Program-made: the position numbers and the translations under genes | Shown here: piece by piece, positions 54,601 to 64,000 of the stretch | How the letters are laid out: the number at the start of each line of letters is the position of its first letter | Position numbering within the stretch: the first letter of the stretch is position 1 | Assembly: GCF_004010195.1 (NCBI RefSeq) | Contig: NC_057719.1 | Coordinates: forward strand, 66,175,049-66,239,048 | Source: Chiloscyllium plagiosum | Taxonomy: Eukaryota | Direction of reading: 5' to 3' | DNA: 64,000 nucleotides | Notes under the pieces: model-generated | What the model saw: the letters and a program-made list of their open reading frames with translations, nothing else | Told to the model about the DNA's origin: nothing | The model's database searches: none

Positions 54601-57600
54601 CTTCCCTTTATTGCTTTCTCCATTGATTGATATATTTAAGGGGAGGTAGATAAACAATGCTATTCACTGCAACTTCAGTTTTGTGATAGAGAGGTCCACA
54701 CTCATACAACTCTGGGTGAAGAAAAATTATCTTCTGGATATATGGGTGTCTATCTCATTTATGACCTATTGTTTCTGAAGAAAACAACCTTATCCTGCTC
54801 TGTCATTCCTAATAGATGCTCAGTTTAGAGATCTTCCTGTACCATCTACAATGCTTCTACATCAGAGTTATAATATGAAGGCCACAACTGTACTGCATTT
54901 AAGTATGGCCTGACCAAGGTTCTATGCAGGTTTAACAGAATTTCTGGGCTTTTCATTTGAATCCTCGAGAAATTAAACTCTGACCTTTGTTTGTTTTTAA
55001 AATAATTCCTTTCTTTTAGTCTTCTAATTATTTTGTGAATCTGCAGCCTGAGATCCCCTGCTTAAATTGACCTCTTCTTTTTCCCCCAGAGGCATATGCC
55101 CTCATTATTCCTGCGAAAATACATCGCCTCACACTTGTCATTTTCAAAATTCATCAAGTATGTTAGAATTCTGAAAGTTTATTAATTTCTTCTCATAATG
55201 TATTGCACTCTTTGGTTTTAACTATACTTGGATATTTGATATAAATATGTGAAAGAAAAATCTATTCACCAATATAAATTGACTCCTTGAGTTAATTAAT
55301 TTAAGATTCCAATCATTATACCATTTTGTTTTCAAGTAATTGCTTCCCATTTTTATTTTGTTAGTCTCTTGATACTTTAATTTCTCTTAAAAGTTTAGAT
55401 AGATTATTTGCTGTGGTCCACAAAGGACCATTGGCAGCTGTGTCCATTAGAGAGAGAATCAATTGGATGTGGATATAGATTGAGGAGTAAGACTTCACAT
55501 TAATCATGGGACAATGTGAAAGGGCACGCTTCCATAACTATTATGGAATTGAACTTGCACTGTTGTTGTTGTTCTGCTCCACACTCTCGCCATCAAGCTC
55601 AATTGAGTTAAGCACCTCATGCCTGTTAATTCGGTGATTTGATTTTTCTGATCAAGATAAGACAACAAAAAATTAAATCCACCTTGACATTCTATCCTAT
55701 GTTACGTTTTGCCAAATTCCCCATTCCAGCAAAATAATGCACAACAATCAAAAGCTAATAATTCTGCAGGGACTTGCAAATTAGCCAAGAATACTGTTCA
55801 CTGCATGTTCTTTTTAATTCTGAGAACAATTAAAACTGTGCAATTCAAAGATACATTTGTCAGCACTTAAGAATTCTTCATTCTTCTGCTGCCTGTATTT
55901 TAAAGAGCAATTGTAGGACTTTACCTAGCAGCTCATAAAGCAAATTCAAAATATCTTTCCACGCTGCTCCAGCTTCTTCACCAGCAAATTCTGCAAAATG
56001 TGCCGCACTGTGGTAGACATTCATCCGGTCAATGCAATTCAGGACCAATCTCAGCATTGCCTGACAACATTGAGAGATTGAAGATAAGTCCAAGAAATAA
56101 GACAAATGAGTGTGCAGTGTAAGTGTGCAGTATCCTTCCTTTCTACACTGCTTTTCCATTGTTGGAACAACATTCAACCACAACTACCCTGACTATTTTG
56201 TCTTATGTAATTATGTTATGGACAAGAAAAGTAATTCACATTTAAAGTTGGCACTATGGTGTGCCTATACCAGATAGATTGCAATGGTTTAAAAAAAAGC
56301 TGCTCACTATTATTTTCCATAGGACTATTAGGGATGGGCCTTGCCAGCAATGCTCACATAGCATAGATGTATCACTAAAAGGCTAAAGCAATTAAAGGAT
56401 CATTGTACACAGATGATTGACAAGTGAGTAATTTATCAGTGAAGTTCTCCAGTTATTGGTAACCTCGATATTTCGGAATATACTTTTGGTTATTTGGAGT
56501 GGGATTATGTTTCCAAATGTGTTAAGGATACAACAACTGTAGCAATCTGATCCTGAAATGGATAGAGGATTACATATCTTCTGCTCAAGGTTCTAAGTTA
56601 GAAACCTTGCCAGATATTTCAGAGACTGTGTATGACTTAGAGAACAAAGATCCCACATGAATTGCATTCCAACAGGGGGTTGCTCCAGAAAAAGGGTTTG
56701 CCCTGTTGACTATGCTCTATTGTTTATGATTTCTGTGAATCCGGTTGATCAAAAACTACATCAAATTGCAATCAAAAATAAAATCCAACTGTTATGCAAA
56801 TTTATATTTTAAAACAAGGATTTAACATAAGAAACATTCTTGATCTCTTATTTCCTGCAAGTCAAATGTAAGAAACCATATCTTCGCCCTTTGTGCTGTT
56901 GTCTTATGCCTGAGTTTGAAAGGAACTTGCATCTTTTACCAATAAAACTTGTTAATAAACATTACTATCAAACATTCTTGTGTCAGACTCTGCACGGCAA
57001 GTTGCAGAAGAAAACACTTCTAGTCTTCCTGGCAATGTCCATTTAAATGTCAATCCACTGCATTAACCTTCACACACCACCCTTCATTTTCTGCACTCTG
57101 AATGAGATTGTCAATTAAAACCACATTGAGAGTTGTTTGTGCTGCGAGATTGTCCTGCTAAGAGCTATTAGCGCTATGTGTGGGGAGATATGGTACAGAA
57201 GCTAAATTTGCGTTAAGAGCCTTATAACTAACGCAGAGAGATTTCAACCCATCAGCAAGTTTAATTCACGATAAAATATGATCCCTTGAAAGGAGGAAAT
57301 GTAACTGAAAAGATTTTTCTCATTCCAAAAGTGTCGAAATGTTTTTGTGTCAAGTCAGTGGTATGATTTTCAGATTTTCCCTTCTTAACAGGAAAGCATG
57401 ATGGTTCAATTCGCAACAGTATAAATGTGTTGTATGATTCAGAGTGCATCACATCCATGATGATCTCCCACTCAGACAAGTCATCAAGGAAAGTGATAAG
57501 TGAGTACACTAAGGATCTTAACAGAGATAGTGAGGGGATATTGGAGGAAAGACACTTTGGGGAAGTTTTGCATATCTCCTAGCAAATGCTCAGGCAGCAG

Positions 57601-60600
57601 CAATAATAATCCATTGTACTGGGAGATCAATATGTGTGAAAGGGGAGAAAAAGTAAAAGTGACTTAAGGAAAGAATGACCTTTGTTGATTATAGCACATT
57701 TCAATTTAAACAACTTAAATAATTTGTGTTGGCATGTGTCAAAGTGACTTTCTGACAAAGTGTCAAACTCTTCAAAGTGACACCTTCAAAGAAAACAGCA
57801 CTGAAAGCTTCAACCAATGGAGTCAAATTAGCACCAGAATGAAAATTTCCATTGTAATGTTCAAACTCAAGGTGTCAAAGAGCACCAAACTAATTTGCAA
57901 GGTAAACTTAAATGGACAAGAGGAGGAGAATATTTTGCTCTCTGCAAGAAAAGTTGAGAATTCTTTTCCCCGGACAGCAGTGGAGGCTGGGTCATTGAAT
58001 ATATTCAAGGTTAACATTGAACATTACAGCGCATTACAGCCCTTCAGCCCTTGATGTTATGCTGACCTGTAGAATCAATCTGAAGCCCATCTAACCTACA
58101 TTGTTCCATTCTCATCTATATGCCTATCCAATGACCATTTAAATGCCCTTAAAGTTGGTGAGTCTACTACTGCTGCAAGCAGTGTGTTCCACGCCCCTAA
58201 CACTCTCTGAGTAAAGAAATTATCTCTGACATTTATCCTATATCTATCACCGTTCAATTTAAAGTTATGTCCTCTTGTGCTAGTCATCACCATTTGAGGA
58301 AAAAGGTTCTCATTGTCTAAAATATCTAACCCTCTGATTATCTCAATTAAGTCACCTCTTAACCTTCTTCTCTCTAACGAAAACAGCCTCAAATCTCTCA
58401 GCCTTTCCTCATAAGACCTTCTCTCCATACCAGGCAACATCCTATTAAATCTCCTTAGAAACCTTTCCAAAGCTTCCACATGCTTCCTATAATGCAGTGA
58501 CCAGAACTGTATGCAATACTCCAAGTGTGTACCAGAACTTATTACAACTGCAACATGATCATAGTTCCGAAACGCAATCCCTCTACCAATAAAAGCTAAC
58601 ACACCATATGCCTTCTTAACAACCCCAACAACCAGGTAGCAACTTTCAAGGATCTATGTACCTGGACACCAAGATCTCTCTGCTCTTCTACACTACCAAG
58701 AATCTTACCATTAGCTCAGTACTCCGCATTCCTGTTGCTCCTTGCAAAGTGAATCACCTCATACTTTTTCATACTAAACTCCATTTGCCACATCTCAGCC
58801 CAGCTCTCCTGCTTACCTATGTCCATCTGTAACCTACAACATCCTTCATCTCTATCCACAACTCTACCGACCTTAGTGTCATCCGCAAATTTACTAACCC
58901 ATCCTTTTATGCCCTCATTCAGATCATTTATACAAATGACAAACAACAGTGGATCCAAAATAGATCCTTGCAGTATACCACTAGTAACTGAACTCCAGCA
59001 TGAATACTTCCCATTAACCACACCCTCTGTCTTCTTTCAACTAGCCAATTTCTGACCCAAACCTCTAAGTCACCCTCAGTCCCATGCCTCTGTATTTTGT
59101 GCAATAGCCTACCATGGGGAACCTTATCAAATGCCTTACTGAAATCCATATACATCACATCAACCACTTTACCTTCATCCACCTGTCTGTTCACCTTCTC
59201 AAAGAACTCAATAAGGTTTGTGAAGCACGACCTATCCTTCACAAAACTGTGTTGACTATCCCTAATCAAATTATTCCTTTCAAGATGATTATAAATCCTA
59301 TCTCTTACAACCCTTTCTAACACTTTACCCACAACCAAAATAAGGCTTACAGGTCTATAATTCCCAGGGTTGTCTCTACTCCCCTTCTTGAACAAGGGAA
59401 CAACATGTGCTACCCTCCAGTCTTCTGGCACTATTCCTGTAGACAATGATGACATAAAGATCAAAGCCAAAGGCTCGGCAATCTCCCCCCTGGCTTCCCA
59501 AAGAATCCTAGGATAAATCCCATCCAGCCTATGGACTTATCTATTTTTACACTTCCCAGAATTGCTAGCACCTCCTCCTTATGAACCTCAATCCCATCTA
59601 GTCTAGTAGCCTTTTTCCAGGTGATGCCAGACAGTATTTTGATCAGAAAGGGAGTGAACAGTAATGGGGAGGCAGACAGGGAAGTCACAATCAGATTAGT
59701 CATGATTTTATTGAATGGCAGAACAAGCTTGAGGGGCTGAATGGTCTACTCCTGCAACTAATTCTCATGCTCTTATGACATTTAAAAAGCCAATATTTGC
59801 GAAAATAAATATTTTAGATTGATAAACACGATGTCTAAAAATGTAGAGAGAGAAAAGTCTACTCAATAACAAATACACTGTGGTAACACTTCTTACCTCT
59901 TCTTTAAATAAGTTCTGCCTATTCCTAAGAGAGCGTAGCTTGTATTGCTTATCTTCATGCTTCAAATCTTCCTCTGGAGGATGGAAGTAAGTGATCAGGT
60001 CCATCAAAGCTTCCTTAACTTCTTGAATGGGCAGTTTGACTGCTGAACTTTTACCAAGACAATCAAGACCCCTGTGGAAATGTGTCTATGAGTATTTCTA
60101 AAGAAACTTAAGCATTATACAGATAATCATCAGAATAAAAAACAGAAATTGCTAGAAAAGCTCAGGAGGCCTGGCAGCATCCTTGGGGAGTTAATGTTTC
60201 GGGTCCGGTAACCCTTCCAGCATCTGTAATTCTTTTGGTTTTTAAACAACTTGCTTTTCTCAATAACATTTAGGTAGCATTTTTAACATGGTTAAACACC
60301 ATAAAATATTTTGCAAGAGAAGAACAAAAATAGGACAGCTGTAAGGGGAAATTTGGGTGGAATTTACAGTTTTTAAATTGCTTTTAAAAGGTTGAGTAAG
60401 AATATGATTGGCAGAATTGTTGAAAAAGGGTAATTTGGAAAGTTGCATAGAGGTAGGTGAAGGCTGTGCCACTGAGATTGAAAGGAAAGGGGATCACAGA
60501 ATGCCAGAGTCAGAAGAAAAAGATTGCGGCAAAAGTTCCATCATTGAAGGAAATTTGAAAAGGAGCATAGGGTAAGTTCAGAGATTTGGAGGTGTATAAA

Positions 60601-62174
60601 CCCAATGTGTTTTGAAACAGGAATTATTGAGATGATAACTAAACAGGATTCAGTGAGACATACTGAGTGCATGACATGCATCGACATAAGATTGTCACAA
60701 GCCAGGCATCTTCTTTGAAAATTAGATTTAGAAATGATGAAAACATGGAAAACGCAGCCCAAAAGGAGGCTGCCAGATATCTTCCATTTCAAGGCATGGA
60801 ACACATTTATTGGAGTGAGTTTGGTGGCAGAGGCTGTTCTACACCCGATTCTAGGAGCATTTCTTCGACTTGGGGAAATGAGCTAATATCTGGCTGCACA
60901 CACTGCAGGGTTCATTCTGGGACCTGGTGTACAGATGAAAAAAATGGGAGGTGTTGTAGAGAAAGATCGGTGGAATAAACACTCACTCAACCTGACTGAC
61001 ACTAGAACATTGATTAGAGCACAGAGAACATCAAGAGGTCAAGGGAAGTGTTGGAAAGCCATCGTGAGTAAATGCATTTAAGCCAACCCCTTATCTAAGA
61101 ATTATGCCACTAAACAGCAGTGAAGAAAAATAGAGACAAATTCATTAACAAAGCAAATCAATAATGATTTGTTAATTCAGCAACATTGATAGAAAAATGT
61201 AATATTGCTTCTGTAGTAAAACAACTTGCAGTGAGGTCCAAATCTGCTTTCAAGAAAAAGCCAAGGGGAGGAAAAATCTGTCCTTATTGCCAAACATGTA
61301 TATCTAGCATTCACTTAAGATTATAGTTAGAATCTTCTTCTGACACACAGTAATAATAGGAGCAGGGAACAATGATTTAAGTAACAGATACAGTGTTTAC
61401 AGTAAGTTTCTACCAAGGTTTGGAGAAGCTGGTGATGGACTAGGGTGTACTAAGTTAGAAATCACACAACACCAGGTTATAGTCCAACGGGTTTATTTGG
61501 AAGCACTAGCTTTCGGAGCGCTGCTCCTTCATCAGGTGGTTGTGGAGTCTAAGATTATAAGACACAGAATTTCTAACAAAAGTTTACAGTGTGATGCAAC
61601 TGAAATTATGTATTGAAAAAGACCTGGGTTGTTTGTTAAGTGGCATCTGACTGAGCAAACAAGAGAGGCTGGAGGGTTTGGCGAAAATTTGGCTGAGTGG
61701 CAAAGCTGTGTGGCCCAGCTTGCGAGTGGAGGATGGGGATACTATCAGCTTGTGGCAAACCAGTAGCTCACCATCAAACTTTACATTATTTTACAAAACC
61801 TCAGGCAATTGCCAGAGCTGAAAGCTTTGAAACTGACGTTACATTTTTCCTTACTTTTTTTACAGTTAAAACTCATCAACTGCACTGGATCAAAAATTGA
61901 ATTTGTATCTAGCAGTATTATTTGGGAACAGTTCCCTCATGATAAAATGAAAACATATCTTGAACCATGCTCTATTCTCAATGATGCATTTCTGCCTTTC
62001 AACAATATCATCAATACAAATACTCAAGAATCATCTTCAGTCAGTTAAATACCTGATAAACTGATTAAATAAGTTGGTTGTTTGGCGTATAATTCGAGCT
62101 GCCCGAGATTCTTCACTTTGACAACGTTGCAAAATGATACCATCGTCCATGTGTCCTTCTTGATGTAATATGGC
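1744..62174 (-). CDS. RYR3: Ryanodine receptor (RYR3-like), partial; 15 internal coding exons joined (2241 nt, 747 aa)
   Basis: Exon lengths 122,175,136,96,119,134,242,193,217,105,104,84,160,148,206, all AG/GT-flanked with compatible phases and no stop codon. Peptides match recalled RYR3-type text ([73 protein letters not shown]). Roughly human RYR3 exons 12-26 (numbering from memory). Confidence 0.93.
3132..3480 (+). mobile_element. tRNA-derived HE1/V-SINE
   Basis: ggcacagtg..cagtggttag head, V-domain core gggtttcctc..ccaaagat, gattctatgat tail. Confidence 0.8.
3562..4817 (-). mobile_element. CR1 LINE, 5'-truncated (RT domain and 3' UTR), with N gap
   Basis: ORFs [15 protein letters not shown]...[13 protein letters not shown] and [10 protein letters not shown]; ctctatgactctat tail. 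Confidence 0.92.
5900..6595 (+). mobile_element. Decayed Penelope-like element (GIY-YIG C-terminus plus terminal repeat)
   Basis: [20 protein letters not shown] resembles the recalled PLE C-terminal EEQHLIFRLGTLQPxGLNxEF; degenerate ctgatgaa motif near 6478; cagcatctgca end. Confidence 0.5.
6750..7006. mobile_element. Fold-back Penelope-terminus element with a nested younger terminus carrying a hammerhead motif
   Basis: Inverted arms caggaggctgaaagaa / ttctttcagcctcctg; CTGAAGA-A-GGGC-TTAT-GCCC-GAAA-CG-TC at 6870-6897. Confidence 0.7.
7290..7750 (-). mobile_element. Harbinger/PIF DDE transposase remnant
   Basis: [35 protein letters not shown] and LKERFWCL fragments match HARBI1-like motifs; frameshifted. 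Confidence 0.75.
9003..9150 (-). CDS. RYR3: RYR3 exon, 148 nt: [49 protein letters not shown]
   Basis: ctgtag|GAT acceptor, G|gtgagt donor. Confidence 0.95.
9646..9690. repeat. (GA)n microsatellite within the CR1 5'UTR
   Basis: gagagagag run. Confidence 0.85.
11677..11898. mobile_element. Palindromic Penelope-terminus-derived insertion in CR1 ORF2
   Basis: Inverted repeat 11685-11862; 10-bp direct repeat ctaaattgga at 11667-11676 and 11899-11908. Confidence 0.85.
14070..14465 (+). mobile_element. CR1 LINE 3' fragment
   Basis: [31 protein letters not shown]. Confidence 0.8.
14845..15190 (+). mobile_element. Older LINE (CR1/L2-clade) 3' fragment
   Basis: tacaaggtacaaatcagtggtgtgatggaatact...gggaacaccaccacc; related pieces at about 33690-34280 and 39320-40190. 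Confidence 0.55.
16999..17158 (-). CDS. RYR3: RYR3 exon, 160 nt (RyR repeat 2): [53 protein letters not shown]
   Basis: Read directly; ttttag|T acceptor, CAG|gtgatt donor. Confidence 0.95.
17534..19068 (-). mobile_element. Probable solo LTR interrupted by a LINE-fragment array
   Basis: Removing about 17656-18953 leaves a roughly 240-bp unit reading TG..CA on the minus strand with TATA-like gatataaaagg; resembles a recalled shark LTR. Confidence 0.55.
17670..18953 (-). mobile_element. Array of poly(A)-tailed 3' fragments of a Tx1 (L1-clade) LINE
   Basis: Two longest units (18101-18417, 18432-18799) encode [26 protein letters not shown](R/S)W(V/A)[16 protein letters not shown], a Tx1-type ORF2 end; AATAAA and A-rich tails on minus strand. 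Confidence 0.75.
20634..20717 (-). CDS. RYR3: RYR3 exon, 84 nt: [27 protein letters not shown](N)
   Basis: Read directly; tcacag|G acceptor, AA|gtaagt donor. Confidence 0.95.
20835..20938 (-). CDS. RYR3: RYR3 exon, 104 nt: [34 protein letters not shown](K)
   Basis: Read directly; cttcag|GTA acceptor, AA|gtaggt donor. Confidence 0.95.
21311..21533 (+). mobile_element. CR1 LINE 3' end (same subfamily as 50573-51920)
   Basis: gtggtgggcctgtggaattcattgcc...tatgtcttatggtctta tail. Confidence 0.85.
21668..21843. repeat. 176-bp near-perfect palindrome (MITE/fold-back-like)
   Basis: Symmetry centre caaaata|tattttg at 21755/21756; arms pair to both ends. Confidence 0.85.
22960..23515 (-). mobile_element. 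CR1 RT fragment
   Basis: [18 protein letters not shown]. Confidence 0.8.
24871..25979 (+). mobile_element. HE1/V-SINE whose tail is split by a CR1 insertion
   Basis: SINE body 24871-25176 ends gggcctgtttc and resumes cacactgtagggattctaattctaattcta at about 25950. Confidence 0.8.
25178..25950 (-). mobile_element. CR1 LINE 3' fragment
   Basis: [20 protein letters not shown]...FFTQRVV. Confidence 0.88.
27106..27210 (-). CDS. RYR3: RYR3 exon, 105 nt (RyR repeat 1): [35 protein letters not shown]
   Basis: Read directly; attcag|ATT acceptor, AAG|gtaaga donor. Confidence 0.95.
28645..28861 (-). CDS. RYR3: RYR3 exon, 217 nt: [44 protein letters not shown]...[14 protein letters not shown]
   Basis: ttcaag|A acceptor, CAG|gtacgt donor. 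Confidence 0.95.
30488..30680 (-). CDS. RYR3: RYR3 exon, 193 nt (SPRY1): (G)[63 protein letters not shown](K)
   Basis: taacag|GT acceptor, AA|gtaagt donor. Confidence 0.95.
31216..31335 (+). mobile_element. HE1/V-SINE 5' fragment
   Basis: ggcggcacagtggcacagtggttagcactgctg...gggttcaattccc A/B boxes. Confidence 0.8.
31347..31932. mobile_element. Penelope-like terminal repeat with inverted duplication
   Basis: About 118-bp inverted arms 31347-31464 / 31561-31678; hammerhead-like motif 31806-31840. Confidence 0.75.
32300..32633 (-). mobile_element. Second tRNA-derived SINE family (other copies about 53983-54260 and partial 19100-19312)
   Basis: Shared gatgtgggcgtc..gttaagagtcaaccacattgctgtgggtctggagtca sequence; B-box-like gggattggaactc. 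Confidence 0.7.
34589..34830 (-). CDS. RYR3: RYR3 exon, 242 nt (SPRY1): [28 protein letters not shown]...[21 protein letters not shown]
   Basis: ctttag|C acceptor, G|gtttgt donor; highly conserved SPRY1 sequence. Confidence 0.95.
35741..35874 (-). CDS. RYR3: RYR3 exon, 134 nt: [44 protein letters not shown](S)
   Basis: Read directly (not in ORF track); ttttag|GTG acceptor, AG|gtaatg donor. Confidence 0.95.
36533..36860 (-). mobile_element. HE1/V-SINE
   Basis: Full head, V-domain and (taatc)n tail on minus strand. Confidence 0.88.
38820..39140 (-). mobile_element. HE1/V-SINE (diverged)
   Basis: catctttggactgtgggaggaaac core. Confidence 0.8.
39466..39640. mobile_element. Palindromic Penelope-terminus-derived element (relative at about 37170-37316)
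   Basis: Inverted arms homologous to 11685-11862. Confidence 0.75.
40197..41136. mobile_element. Penelope-like element end with inverted pseudo-LTR
   Basis: aagtacaaattcaccccacaaac (about 40631) inverted at about 41107-41130; GT-rich versus CA-rich arms; central [25 protein letters not shown] peptide; hammerhead-like motif 40247-40281. Confidence 0.75.
41138..42125 (-). mobile_element. CR1 RT fragment
   Basis: ORFs 41136-41480 and 41594-42034 ([18 protein letters not shown]). Confidence 0.9.
42900..44560 (-). mobile_element. Decayed Gypsy LTR-retrotransposon internal sequence (gag and RNase H remnants)
   Basis: [44 protein letters not shown] at about 43465-43602; [18 protein letters not shown] gag-like at about 44380-44435. 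Confidence 0.65.
44697..45218 (-). mobile_element. CR1 3' fragment
   Basis: [22 protein letters not shown]; ctctatgactcta tail. Confidence 0.85.
45270..45610 (+). mobile_element. HE1/V-SINE
   Basis: gtggctcagtggttagcactg...gggttcgatc; tail gggcctgtttccacactgtag. Confidence 0.88.
45886..46004 (-). CDS. RYR3: RYR3 exon, 119 nt: (G)[39 protein letters not shown]
   Basis: acacag|GT acceptor, AAG|gtatat donor. Confidence 0.95.
46868..48655 (-). mobile_element. CR1 LINE spanning a roughly 1 kb gap, with a plus-strand HE1 SINE tail at 48083-48207
   Basis: 3' end 46868-47108; RT ORF 48205-48609. Confidence 0.8.
50573..51920 (-). mobile_element. CR1 LINE, 5'-truncated, with N gap
   Basis: [26 protein letters not shown]. 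Confidence 0.9.
52410..53890 (+). mobile_element. CR1 LINE, 5'-truncated and decayed
   Basis: [31 protein letters not shown]. Confidence 0.9.
54318..54413 (-). CDS. RYR3: RYR3 exon, 96 nt: (A)[31 protein letters not shown]
   Basis: ctctag|CT acceptor, G|gtaatg donor. Confidence 0.95.
55925..56060 (-). CDS. RYR3: RYR3 exon, 136 nt: [45 protein letters not shown]
   Basis: tgtcag|GCA acceptor, G|gtaaag donor. Confidence 0.95.
58015..59610 (-). mobile_element. CR1 LINE, 5'-truncated and decayed
   Basis: ORFs 58096-58602, 58716-59021 and 58928-59470 with RT motifs. Confidence 0.9.
59897..60071 (-). CDS. RYR3: RYR3 exon, 175 nt: [58 protein letters not shown]
   Basis: ccacag|G acceptor, GAG|gtaaga donor; phase 2 to 0. 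Confidence 0.95.
61414..61640 (-). mobile_element. Penelope-like terminal repeat fragment
   Basis: Homologous to about 31720-31932 and 40197-40380. Confidence 0.75.
61504..61538 (-). ncRNA. Minimal type I hammerhead ribozyme motif (PLE type), intact core
   Basis: RNA CAC-CUGAUGA-A-GGAGC-AGC-GCUCC-GAAA-GC-UA-GUG: stem I CAC/GUG, stem II GGAGC/GCUCC, palindromic AGCU. Confidence 0.65.
62053..62174 (-). CDS. RYR3: RYR3 exon, 122 nt: [40 protein letters not shown](R)
   Basis: ttccag|GCC acceptor and AG|gtattt donor; conserved EGHMDDG motif. Confidence 0.95.
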
Positions 62175-62769
62175 CTGGAAGTATGAAACTGTGCTCTCAG
62201 TACAGATATTTTTCCAACAGTTTTTCACATTCACAAATATAAAAACATTCAAAACTAAAATCACTTTAAACATGAATTTGCTTTCATTTTGTTTTTGGAG
62301 ATATTATGGTCTTTTTCAGGTAAGGAACATTTTTTTCCCCTCAACATGCTGATCCATGCATGGGAATAATTCTATTGGTGTCGACAGCTCTCTGGGACCT
62401 CAGTCAGCCCATTCTTACTTGCGAAACCAGAGGGAGACAATATGAAATTGATATTTCAATCAACCCTTCCACAGCACAAACAAACCAATTTTCATTTCCA
62501 CTCTTTTCAATGGTGACTGTGACAGGGATACATTCGAAGATGCATTACATTTCTCTGTTCTTGCGTAGATCTCACATTATCCCAAAGGTTACCTCCTAAC
62601 AATCATCCTTAACACTTCCTTCTTTGCCATATGTTCCCAAGTTTTTTATGTGATGGACAACCTTTGTGTTAATAGAGTGAAATCCTTTGTTTCTCACAAA
62701 GATCATGCGAATACATAGAGTGTCCTATCATAAAACTAGATGGAAAGGCAAGAAGCGAGAATAACACTA

Positions 62770-63930
62770 AAAGTCCGCAGAAGGATACAGACAGGTTAAA
62801 GGATTGGGCAAAAACTTGACAGATAGAATATAATGTGGGAAATTATGATATTATGCACTTTGGCAGAAAGAATAAAGGTGCTGAACAGAACGACTGCAGA
62901 AAGTTACAATACAGAGGGATTTGGGACTCCATGTGCATGAATCACAAGCTAGCATCCAAGTTCAGTTGATATTAGAGAAACCAAATGGACTATCAGCCAT
63001 TGTTTCAAAGGAAACAAAACGTAAATGTAGTGAGATTTTGCTATAACTATACAAGGCAATGGTCAGACCACAGCTGCAATACTGTGAACAGTTTTAGGTA
63101 AGATTACATTACAGTGTGGAAACAGGCCCTTCGGCCCAACAAGTCCACACCGACCCACCGAAGCGTAACCCACCCATACCCCTACATTTACCCCTTACCT
63201 AACACTACGGGCAATTTAGCATGGCCAATTGACCTTACCTGCACATCTTTGGACTGTGGGAGGAAACCGGAGCACCCGGAGGAAACCCACGCAGACACAG
63301 GGAGAACGTGCAAACTCCACACAGTTAGTCGCCTGAGGCGAGAATTGAACCCGGGTCTCTGGCGCTGTGAGGCAGCAGTGCTAACCACTGTGCCACCGTG
63401 CCGCCCCAATTGTGGGCCAATTATCTAAAGAAAGCTATATTGTCATTGGAGGTAGTCCAAGGAAGTTTCACTAGGCTGATATCAGGTATGGAAGGACTGT
63501 CTTATGCGAAAAGGTGAGTGGATTGGGGCTTGTACTCGCTAGAGTTTGAAGAATGAGATGTGACCTTGTTGAAACATACAAGATTCCTTCGGGGAATTGA
63601 CAGGATAGATGCAGAGATGTTTCCCCGTGTGGGAGAATTTAAGACCAGAGAGCATAATTTCAGCATAACGGGGTCACATTCCCAAGACAGAGATGAGAAG
63701 GAATTTATTTTCTCGGACGGCTGTAATCTGTGGAATCTTTACTACTGAAGGCAGTTGAGGCTGGGTCATTAAATATGTTCAAGGCCAGAACAGACAGATT
63801 TTTATTCAGAAGGGAATCAAGTGTCATGGGAAAAATGCAGGAAAATGGAGGCAAGGATGGTCAGATCAGCCATGATTTCCTTGAATGACTGAGAAGGTTT
63901 GGTGGGCTGAATGGCCTACTTCTGTTCCTA
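62770..63930 (+). mobile_element. Old CR1 3' fragment interrupted by an HE1 SINE
   Basis: tatgcactttggcag, caatactgtgaacagttt, and tail gggctgaatggcctacttctgttccta. Confidence 0.7.
63101..63406 (-). mobile_element. Young, complete HE1/V-SINE (another tail at about 63950-64000)
   Basis: ggggcggcacggtggcacagtggttagcactgctgcctcacagcgcc head with CpGs retained. Confidence 0.92.
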
Positions 63931-64000
63931 TGGCAAAAGTGAGGACTGCAGATTAGATTAGATTACTTACAGTGTGGAAACAGGCCCTTCAGCCCAACAA

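Noticed and set aside
63330..63406. tRNA-like A/B boxes (also 3132, 31216, 36790, 45270)
   Set aside because: SINE heads continuing into a V-domain and LINE-like tail, not tRNA genes.

Overview
Vertebrate genomic DNA, most likely a shark, judged from HE1/V-SINEs, elasmobranch-type CR1 LINEs and Penelope remnants; the draft assembly has five N-gaps. The window lies inside a minus-strand ryanodine receptor gene, best matching RYR3. Fifteen GT-AG coding exons between 62174 and 1744 splice into one open frame of 2241 nt (747 aa), covering the end of the N-terminal domains, the N-solenoid/RIH region, SPRY1, Repeat12 and the start of SPRY2. Neither gene end is in the window. The introns are dense with CR1 LINEs (one near full-length), tRNA-derived SINEs, Penelope-like termini carrying minimal hammerhead-ribozyme motifs, and decayed Gypsy and Harbinger remnants. 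The most unusual structure is at about 17.5-19.1 kb. There a probable solo LTR is split at its TATA-like motif by an array of about 10 copies of a 13-14 bp target motif, mostly separated by poly(A)-tailed 3' fragments of a Tx1-type LINE, which suggests serial site-specific retrotransposition into one site. All family assignments come from recalled motifs, not database searches.
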